Assembly (NCBI RefSeq): GCF_000009705.1
Contig: NC_003272.1
Coordinates: forward strand, 2,130,001-2,162,000
Direction: 5' to 3'
Origin: Nostoc sp. PCC 7120 = FACHB-418
Lineage (GTDB): Bacteria > Cyanobacteriota > Cyanobacteriia > Cyanobacteriales > Nostocaceae
Length of the DNA: 32,000 nucleotides
Shown: positions 25,893 through 32,000 of the stretch, in pieces
Numbering within the stretch: the first letter of the stretch is position 1
Layout of the letters: every line of letters begins with the position of its first letter
Position numbers and translations under genes: made by a program
The notes under the pieces: generated by a model
What the model saw: only the letters and a program-made list of their open reading frames with translations
Database searches by the model: none
What the model was told of the DNA's origin: nothing

Positions 25893-26765
25893 GTGAGTTT
25901 TGGGAATCTTGACATGACCAACAACCACCTGAAAACAGAAAAATCTCTTGGCGTGATGGCGATCGCCACTTTTTTGGTAACTTGTTCTATTACAGTGGGT
26001 ACTCTTTTGGCCTTCCACAGGAACCAATCTGTAATAGTCACCCAAGATTTACCAGTTCCCCGCAACCAAGTCGAATCGCCAGTTAAACCCCAATCGCCGC
26101 CACCACCTAAATTAGACAAGCTGACCTTTACTGTACCGATTCAATATCAAGGGAAAACAGTTTATAAGGTACAAACTAATAGTAACGAGAAAGTCATCGC
26201 TCTCACCTTTGATGATGGGCCTTGGCAAAAAACCACGCCAGAAATTTTGGAGATTCTCAAGCAAAATCAAATTAAAGCGACATTCTTTTGGGTAGGACAA
26301 GCTATACAAGCAAATCCGGACATAGCTAAACGAGTTGTAGCTGAAGGTCACGCTATTGGTAATCATACTTGGCATCATTGGTATAGACGCATGAATGAAG
26401 CCACAGCCAAGAGTGAAATTGAACGCACATCTGACCTAATTTACAAAACTACCGGGGTGAAAACTCATTTATTCCGTCCCCCTGGAGGAGTTTTAAACAA
26501 TGGATTAGTCGCTTATGCTAAAAGCCAGAAAAACGCTGTAGTCATGTGGTCTTTGACTTCAGCCGACACTGACCCCCGTGCTAAACCTGAAGTATTTGTG
26601 AAAAACGTTGTTAAAGGTGCAAAACCTGGTTATATAGTTTTGATGCACGATGGTGGAGGCGATCGTCAAAGAACAGTAAAAGCCCTACCACAGATTATTA
26701 GTGGACTGAAACAGCAAGGGTATAAATTTGTGACAGTTCCCGAATTATTAGAAATGAAGCCGTAG
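25893..26765 (+). CDS. Membrane-anchored polysaccharide deacetylase (NodB homology, CE4)
   Basis: VIALTFDDGPW, ATFFWVG, GHAIGNHTWHH, LFRPPGG and IVLMHDGG are the NodB motifs, with an N-terminal TM helix MAIATFLVTCSITVGTLLAF. The start is uncertain: GTG 25893, ATG 25914 or ATG 25956. Confidence 0.85.
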   Translation: MSFGNLDMTNNHLKTEKSLGVMAIATFLVTCSITVGTLLAFHRNQSVIVTQDLPVPRNQVESPVKPQSPPPPKLDKLTFTVPIQYQGKTVYKVQTNSNEKVIALTFDDGPWQKTTPEILEILKQNQIKATFFWVGQAIQANPDIAKRVVAEGHAIGNHTWHHWYRRMNEATAKSEIERTSDLIYKTTGVKTHLFRPPGGVLNNGLVAYAKSQKNAVVMWSLTSADTDPRAKPEVFVKNVVKGAKPGYIVLMHDGGGDRQRTVKALPQIISGLKQQGYKFVTVPELLEMKP

Positions 26766-26867
26766 TAAAATTGTACATAAAATTCGTTATTACTAATTAG
26801 TAAGTGAGCGAGAAAAATTCAAATTACATGAGCAAAATATAAATTATCTTTCGTACTCATTACTCCT

Positions 26868-27302
26868 ATGACTCCAACTTTATTTGGTCGTTGGCAAACC
26901 AGACTGTTATTACTTGCTACCGTCGGTGTATTAGTATCCTCGCCTTTTGCAATGGGTTTAATTGGCCCCGGTGCTAATTCTGTTTATTTTTGGATACTAG
27001 CTTATGTCGCTATTTTTGGTTTAGGGTGGGATGTCCTTTATAACTATCTACAAAAGTTCCGTTGGGATCGGGATTGGCCGGCAGCTTATCAACTTATGGC
27101 TGGGATTTGGGAATTAATATTTGTTTTTTGTGGAGCTAAAATTTTTGGCTTCTTACCATTACCTATTCCGAAAGAAGTACTACCAGCAGATACTTTTTTA
27201 ATACACTACAGTGTGGTTTGGTTAGCAGTTTTTATTGCTTCCCAAAGCATTATGAGAATTATATTTCCCCGTTGGCGTTTTCGAGGTGGACAATGGCTTT
27301 AA
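26868..27302 (+). CDS. Hypothetical integral membrane protein (144 aa, ~4 TM)
   Basis: Hydrophobic segments LLLLATVGVLVSSPFAMGLI, VYFWILAYVAIFGLGW, IWELIFVFCGAKIFGFL and VVWLAVFIASQSIM. I do not recognise a family. Confidence 0.6.
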   Translation: MTPTLFGRWQTRLLLLATVGVLVSSPFAMGLIGPGANSVYFWILAYVAIFGLGWDVLYNYLQKFRWDRDWPAAYQLMAGIWELIFVFCGAKIFGFLPLPIPKEVLPADTFLIHYSVVWLAVFIASQSIMRIIFPRWRFRGGQWL

Positions 27303-27329
27303 GAATTTAAAAGTGAAACAGATGATTAT

Positions 27330-27380
27330 TAGGGTGGAATGCCCAGTGTATATCTTCTTGGTGGGCATTGCCCACCCTAC
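27330..27380. repeat. Palindromic repeat/hairpin between convergent genes (GGGCAATGCCCACCCTAC type)
   Basis: AGGGTGG+AATGCCCA (27331-27345) pairs with TGGGCATT+(GC)+CCACCCT (27362-27378). It may act as a terminator for both flanking genes. Confidence 0.6.
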
Positions 27381-27401
27381 AATTGAGATAAATTTATGAC
27401 T

Positions 27402-27650
27402 TTACAGTGATTTATGGCGACGAATACTAATATATTGGCCATGAATATTCACAAAGTATGGTACTACATAAGTAAGCAGTGCCGAAACCCAGCGATCGCG
27501 CCCCATATTTCCTTGCAATAAAGCGCTACCATGATTGATAATAAATAAAATAGAGCCAACAACAACCGCAACCTTCAACGCAGTCGGTACGAACTTCGGC
27601 TCAATCAGGCTGGCAAAATATCCCTTCAAAAAACTAATCTTCTTTCCCAT
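27402..27650 (-). CDS. nrtS: Small two-TM membrane protein, NrtS-like putative nitrate/nitrite transporter
   Basis: 82 aa. FVPTALKVAVVVGSILFIINHGSALLQG ... RWVSALLTYVVPYFVNIHGQY matches my memory of the NrtS family consensus (INHG ... LTY.VPY.V). Confidence 0.5.
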   Translation of the reverse strand: MGKKISFLKGYFASLIEPKFVPTALKVAVVVGSILFIINHGSALLQGNMGRDRWVSALLTYVVPYFVNIHGQYISIRRHKSL

Positions 27651-27747
27651 ATAGCAGCAGTACTAGTTACCTACTCTATATTCCTAGCCCAAGTGATTAA
27701 CTTGGACTGCAACTTGGTATAAAAACTCTAGATTACTCGATTATTTT

Positions 27748-28170
27748 ATGTCACATTTAAATATTGCCAACTTAGGCGAAGACTTTGTAGCCCAATGGTT
27801 ACAATCTACGGGTTGGATAATTTTACATCGTCAATTTTCCTGCCGTTGGGGCGAAATTGATATCATTGCCCAACACACTAGAAATAATCAAGAATCTATA
27901 CTAGCATTTGTCGAAGTTAAAACTCGTAGTCCAGGTAATTGGGATGATGGAGGACGAGGTGCAATTACGCTGAAAAAGCAAGCAAAAATTGAGCGGACGG
28001 CAAAAATATTTTTAGCCAAATATCCTGATAAAGCTGAGTATATCTGTCGCTTCGATGTGGCGATTGTTGCTTATCAGGGAATTTCCCAGCAGGATCATGC
28101 TGCAATAGGAGAATATAAATTTCAGTTACAAGAATATATTCCGGCGGCTTTTGACTGTCTAATTTATTAA
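27748..28170 (+). CDS. yraN: YraN-family (UPF0102) endonuclease-like protein
   Basis: GEDFVAQWLQSTGWIILHRQFSCRWGEIDIIAQ ... LAFVEVKTRS ... RFDVAIV is the typical YraN pattern. Confidence 0.8.
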   Translation: MSHLNIANLGEDFVAQWLQSTGWIILHRQFSCRWGEIDIIAQHTRNNQESILAFVEVKTRSPGNWDDGGRGAITLKKQAKIERTAKIFLAKYPDKAEYICRFDVAIVAYQGISQQDHAAIGEYKFQLQEYIPAAFDCLIY

Positions 28171-28210
28171 AGGAACACCAAACAATAAATTATCCGAAAT
28201 TGATGGTTTG

Positions 28211-28275
28211 GTAGGGTGTGTCAGTGCGATAGAACCTAACTATACTCAGAAATTATTCATACTGACGCACCATAC
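28211..28275. repeat. MITE-like repeat with inverted arms GGTGTGTCAGT / ACTGACGCACC
   Basis: The arms lie at 28215-28225 and 28261-28271, and the outer GTAGGGTG...CACCATAC resembles a common Nostoc repeat. This explains the 61-aa ORF 28208..28393. Confidence 0.55.
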
Positions 28276-28455
28276 ATTTTGGATATTTTTTTATTTGGAA
28301 GTCCCTAATATTGTTAGTGATTTTAATAATTGTTTTGATATTTGCTACCAGAAAATGAATCTTTTCATGACATTGGTAACTGGTTGTAAATGATATTTTG
28401 CTACCACTAATTACCAATTACCAATGAGCAAATACACAGTTTATGACCATCGATT

Positions 28456-28950
28456 TTACGCGAGTGTTTCTGGACAGTAACCTAGTCCTCTAACAAACTG
28501 TTGACGGAAAGCTTCTATTTCTTCTCTTTCTGGGCTACCATGTGAAACGATCGCAACTTGATAGCGGCGCATAACATCTACAGGACACTGTCCAGCTTCT
28601 AAGCTCCACAGTGCCATTTGCACACGCATCGGTGGCTCATAGCTAATTCCCAGTTCATTTAGGAAGGCTCGAAAATCACCATCTTCTTGGGACGAGACGG
28701 GATTTTTAAGTTTGATCCTAACCACCCAACCATCTATTTGATGAATCACGGTAACGAACGAAACAGGTAACTGGGGTCTACCGTGTAGATATTGAACGAC
28801 CCTCAGAGTTAAACTGGCATTTGCCAGATAGTATAGGTATTCCATCATGGTGTTTGGGATCAAATCCAATCTTACATCTCTATCTTCCTCAATTGATTGG
28901 TATCCCGGTAGGGTAAATGCCCCCGTCTTTGCATGGGGGAGTTTACCCAT
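28456..28950 (-). CDS. Hypothetical protein (164 aa), cytoplasmic, family not recognised
   Basis: Clean ORF with native-like composition, divergent from queA. I recognised no motif. Confidence 0.55.
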   Translation of the reverse strand: MGKLPHAKTGAFTLPGYQSIEEDRDVRLDLIPNTMMEYLYYLANASLTLRVVQYLHGRPQLPVSFVTVIHQIDGWVVRIKLKNPVSSQEDGDFRAFLNELGISYEPPMRVQMALWSLEAGQCPVDVMRRYQVAIVSHGSPEREEIEAFRQQFVRGLGYCPETLA

Positions 28951-29067
28951 TTATTATCAAATTGCTTAAGTGTTACGCCATAATGTCAATCTTATAATTT
29001 AGGTCTAAAATTGACTACTTTTGTCAAAAAAATGTAAACAAACTTATTCCAAGCATCGGGAATTTCA

Positions 29068-30261
29068 ATGAAGAAACAGATATTACAATTAAACCTTGAA
29101 CAAACTTCTAGTGCAGCAGCAGAGGATACAAATTTAGATTGTTCATTGGCTGGGTATGATTACGTACTACCGCCAGAAAGAATTGCCCAAAATCCGGCAG
29201 TTCCCAGAGACAGTTCTCGTCTACTAGTCGTCAATTCTCAAACAACAGGTAAAGAAACACCACCTCTACATCAAATTTTTCGTGATTTACCGGATATTTT
29301 GCGTCCTGGTGACTTATTAATCATGAATAATACGAAGGTCATCCCCGCAAGATTATACGGGCGTAAAAGCTCTGGTGCGGAAGTGGAAATTTTATTGCTA
29401 GAAGAGCGCAAGTTTAACTGTTGGTTGGCTTTAGTTAAACCAGGAAAACGCTTTAAAAAAGGCACACAGATTATTTTTGAAGGACTAGGTATGAGGAATT
29501 TGGGAATAGAAAATAGTCCCCAATACTCAGTCGCCAGTCCCCACCAGCTAACCGCTACTGTCTTAGAAACCGACAAAGCCACAGGAGGGCGTTTATTACA
29601 GTTTGATTTACCAGAGGGGCAATCTTTGGTGCAACTTTTAGATAAATTCGGGGAAATACCCCTACCACCCTATATCACTACATCTCAAGCGGCAGATGAA
29701 CAGTATCAAACTGTGTATGCCGAGGAACCAGGAGCGATCGCAGCGCCTACGGCTGGGTTACACTTTACTCCAGAGTTATTACAAAAATTACGCGATCGCA
29801 ATATCAATCAAGCTTTTATTACCCTCCACGTTGGTGTGGGAACCTTTCGCCCTGTGGAAGTGGAAGATGTAGCCACTCATCAAATGCACGAGGAATGGAT
29901 TGAAGTCCCCGCCGCCACAGTGGCACAAATCAAAGCCACCAAAGCAGCCGGCGGTCGAATTATTGCTGTAGGAACTACAGTAGTCCGTGCCTTAGAAGGA
30001 GCAGCCGCATCTGGCAATTTACAAGAATTTTGTGGAAAAACCAACTTATTTATCTATCCTGGCTATAAATGGCAGGTTGTCGAAGGTTTAATCACCAATT
30101 TTCACTTGCCACGCTCTAGTTTATTAATGCTAGTAAGTGCGCTAATTGGCAGAGAACGCTTGTTAAATATATACCAGGAAGCGATCGCCTCTCAATATCG
30201 TTTCTACTCTTTTGGTGATGCCATGTTGATTCTACCGGAAGCCAGAGGAGTCGAGCAATAG
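29068..30261 (+). CDS. queA: S-adenosylmethionine:tRNA ribosyltransferase-isomerase
   Basis: [87 protein letters not shown] and [10 protein letters not shown] are the QueA signatures. Confidence 0.93.
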   Translation: MKKQILQLNLEQTSSAAAEDTNLDCSLAGYDYVLPPERIAQNPAVPRDSSRLLVVNSQTTGKETPPLHQIFRDLPDILRPGDLLIMNNTKVIPARLYGRKSSGAEVEILLLEERKFNCWLALVKPGKRFKKGTQIIFEGLGMRNLGIENSPQYSVASPHQLTATVLETDKATGGRLLQFDLPEGQSLVQLLDKFGEIPLPPYITTSQAADEQYQTVYAEEPGAIAAPTAGLHFTPELLQKLRDRNINQAFITLHVGVGTFRPVEVEDVATHQMHEEWIEVPAATVAQIKATKAAGGRIIAVGTTVVRALEGAAASGNLQEFCGKTNLFIYPGYKWQVVEGLITNFHLPRSSLLMLVSALIGRERLLNIYQEAIASQYRFYSFGDAMLILPEARGVEQ

Positions 30262-30398
30262 AAGAGAGTTTGCATACAACCTCTGTAAATTAGTTACCCC
30301 TGCCGCCAAAATTTTTTAATTTTGAACTTTTAATTTTTCATGTTGTAGTGGGTACTCTTACTTGTAAGGATCTTAACCATAAGTACAGAGATACCACT

Positions 30399-31556
30399 AT
30401 GTATAAACAACAGCAAATTAAACAGTGGTTTTGCGGTTTATCGTCAATCACCTGTCAGCATATTTCAGATTGGCAAAAGCCGCATTTGGGTGTTCTCTGT
30501 GCTGCATCAGCTTTTTTGGTGTTGGCTGCACCGGTTGTGAATTTACCAGGAAGCAAGTTGTTGGCACAAACTCCCATCTCGCGGGATTTGGAAACAGCTA
30601 GCTTTTATCAACAGGGGGTTACACGCTACAACCGCAGTGACTGGCAAGGTGCAGAAAACGCTTTTCGCCAAGCGTTGCAGCGAGAACCCAATTTAGCAAT
30701 GGCTAGAGCTTATCTAGGAAATATTTACCTGATGCAAAACCGTCTAGATGTGGCGGTTCAGGAATATGGAGAAGCAATTAGACTTAACCCAAATTTGGGA
30801 GAAACATATTACAACCTGGGTTTAGCATTGCAACAACAAGGAAAAAAAGAGGGTGCTATTACAGCTTATCGCCAAGCTTTAGTGATAGATCCCAGAAGGG
30901 TGGAGGCTTATTATAACTTGGGTTTGGTATTATACGAACAAGGATTATTGCAGGAGGCGATCGCCGCTTACCAAGATGCAGTTAATCTCGAACCCAGTAA
31001 AATCAACGCTCATCATAATTTAGCGATCGCCCTGCAACAAACAGGTAAAATGGAGGAGGCGATCGTTGCCTATAGAGAAGTTTTGAAGTTAGATCCCAAA
31101 AATGCGGCAGCTTACAGTAGTTTAGGCAGCCTGATGGCGATGCAAGGACGACCAGAGGAAGCCATAGCCGCTTATACCCAAGCTGTTCGCCAAGACCCCA
31201 AAAACGCCTTAGCTTACTATAACTTGGGAATAACTTTATATAACCAGGGCGAGCTGCAAAAAGCTAGTAACGCCTTCAAACGCGCTCAGGAAGAATACAG
31301 CCAACAAGGGAACCTGGAGCAAACAGAGAAGACTGAGCAGTTAATGCAGCAAGTTGCTCAGAAAATCGAGGAGCAGAAGCTGCAACAAAGACAAGCATCC
31401 ACACCCAAGCCGACAGACAACTCTACAAATAACCTCTTAGAAAAACTAACTCAACTAACAGCACCAAAAGAACAACCAGCTAATTCTGGTGCAGTACCTG
31501 TCTCGGATGAACAAAAGCAGTTTCCACCAATATTCCCTAATACCAATTCTCGATAA
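30399..31556 (+). CDS. Membrane-anchored/secreted tetratricopeptide (TPR) repeat protein with a Gln-rich C-terminal tail
   Basis: About 7 consecutive 34-aa TPR units (e.g. AYYNLGLVLYEQGLLQEAIAAYQDAVNLEP; AHHNLAIALQQTGKMEEAIVAYREVLKLDP) follow the hydrophobic segment LGVLCAASAFLVLAAPVV. The start could be the ATG at 30399 or the upstream GTG at 30348. Confidence 0.8.
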   Translation: MYKQQQIKQWFCGLSSITCQHISDWQKPHLGVLCAASAFLVLAAPVVNLPGSKLLAQTPISRDLETASFYQQGVTRYNRSDWQGAENAFRQALQREPNLAMARAYLGNIYLMQNRLDVAVQEYGEAIRLNPNLGETYYNLGLALQQQGKKEGAITAYRQALVIDPRRVEAYYNLGLVLYEQGLLQEAIAAYQDAVNLEPSKINAHHNLAIALQQTGKMEEAIVAYREVLKLDPKNAAAYSSLGSLMAMQGRPEEAIAAYTQAVRQDPKNALAYYNLGITLYNQGELQKASNAFKRAQEEYSQQGNLEQTEKTEQLMQQVAQKIEEQKLQQRQASTPKPTDNSTNNLLEKLTQLTAPKEQPANSGAVPVSDEQKQFPPIFPNTNSR

Positions 31557-31815
31557 AGATACGCTCAATTATTTTAGAACTAGCGAACTAAGTAAGTCGG
31601 TGAGAATAAACCTAACTATGTAACAGATTGTAAAATCGGCATAACCCTTGCGATTGCTTCATTCCACTTCGTTTCATTCGCAATGACATAGCGTGAATTA
31701 TTTAAGCCGTTCTACTTATCACCAAAAAACCTATGCGTGCCTCGGCGCTAACCCCAACGTTACTCTGCGTTAAAAATAGGAAGCTGGAAACTGCATAATT
31801 TTATCAAATTTTTGT

Positions 31816-31846
31816 ATGACGGGCAAAACGCCCGTCATATTTTTAG
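31816..31846 (+). terminator. Candidate rho-independent terminator
   Basis: ATGACGGGC-AAAAC-GCCCGTCAT (9-bp stem, 31816-31838) followed by ATTTTTA. It lies ~260 nt after the TPR gene stop and 11 nt from the stop of the convergent reverse-strand gene. Confidence 0.5.
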
Positions 31847-31849
31847 GCT

Positions 31850-32000
31850 TTAAATTGGCAAGCGATTAATATCCCTATCACAACCTATAACCACCATTGC
31901 CGTACCACGTTCTAAACGTTTACCGGGGTTAGGGTTAATTTGAAATTTACCATCTTGACTCACGGCTAACAAATTCAACCCATAACGGTTGCGTAACTGC
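31850..32000 (-). CDS. C-terminal 49 codons of a TrkA-C (RCK_C) domain protein, probably a K+ channel/transport regulator (gene continues past the right edge)
   Basis: Hand translation of the reverse strand gives QLRNRYGLNLLAVSQDGKFQINPNPGKRLERGTAMVVIGCDRDINRLPI*, with the stop at 31850-31852. The pattern L...G..L.A......F..NP.....L..G....V.G....I..L is typical of TrkA-C. Confidence 0.5.
   Translation of the reverse strand, partial: QLRNRYGLNLLAVSQDGKFQINPNPGKRLERGTAMVVIGCDRDINRLPI

Noticed and set aside
25323-26378. ORFs 25323..25562 (-), 25854..26045 (-), 25886..26119 (-) and 26112..26378 (-)
   Set aside because: They are antisense to the SGNH hydrolase and polysaccharide deacetylase genes, which have clear catalytic motifs.
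27660-27674. NtcA-like site GTActagttaccTAC between nrtS and yraN
   Set aside because: The spacing is N9, not the canonical GTA-N8-TAC. No properly placed -10 box was evident.
28208-28393. 61-aa + strand ORF
   Set aside because: It begins inside a MITE-like inverted repeat (GGTGTGTCAGT...ACTGACGCACC) and continues through AT-rich spacer. It has no RBS and no domain signal.
29271-29582. 103-aa reverse-strand ORF
   Set aside because: It is antisense to queA, which is unambiguous.
31733-31798. 21-codon ORF (MRASALTPTLLCVKNRKLETA) upstream of the 31816 hairpin
   Set aside because: It is too short and unsupported. The region contains repeat-like sequence (gcgattgcttcattccacttcgtttcattcgcaatgac) more typical of non-coding spacers.

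Overview
This looks like a chromosomal segment from a Nostocales-type filamentous cyanobacterium. The HIP1 palindrome GCGATCGC is frequent (e.g. at 2407, 2519, 2953, 3119, 3663, 5701), Nostoc-style short dispersed repeats fill the intergenic regions, and an HpsA-like gene sits at the left edge. I support about 24 protein genes in mixed orientation, mostly unrelated housekeeping or envelope functions rather than one operon. From left to right they are:
- the 5' part of an hpsA-like gene (left edge);
- xseB-xseA, overlapping by 4 nt;
- an SLH + GHL10 cell-wall protein;
- a small conserved hypothetical;
- a stand-alone ATP-grasp ligase resembling the cyanophycin-synthetase G domain or the GshF module, inside an AT-rich, HIP1-free patch;
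- a cobalamin riboswitch followed by a DUF1636 gene and cobK;
- a VWA protein with a duplicated C-terminal module;
- a DUF4360-like secreted protein;
- ribokinase;
- an 819-aa dynamin-like GTPase;
- a 1073-aa phosphorylase-kinase alpha/beta-like GH15 protein;
- exoD;
- a PDS/amine-oxidase-type flavoprotein;
- an internally deleted IS4-family transposase relic;
- an SGNH hydrolase;
- a polysaccharide deacetylase;
- two small membrane proteins, one NrtS-like;
- yraN;
- a hypothetical;
- queA;
- a TPR protein;
- a TrkA-C tail (right edge).

I saw no rRNA, tRNA or CRISPR array. I also see no convincing multi-gene novel system. The best leads are single-gene oddities (the orphan ATP-grasp ligase, the duplicated C-terminal module of the VWA protein, the orphan dynamin-like protein, the bacterial PhK alpha/beta homolog) and a few unexplained non-coding structures: a 74-nt palindrome, overlapping convergent terminators around an unannotated unit, and repeat families. 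All family assignments come from motif recognition by eye and memory; no searches were run.
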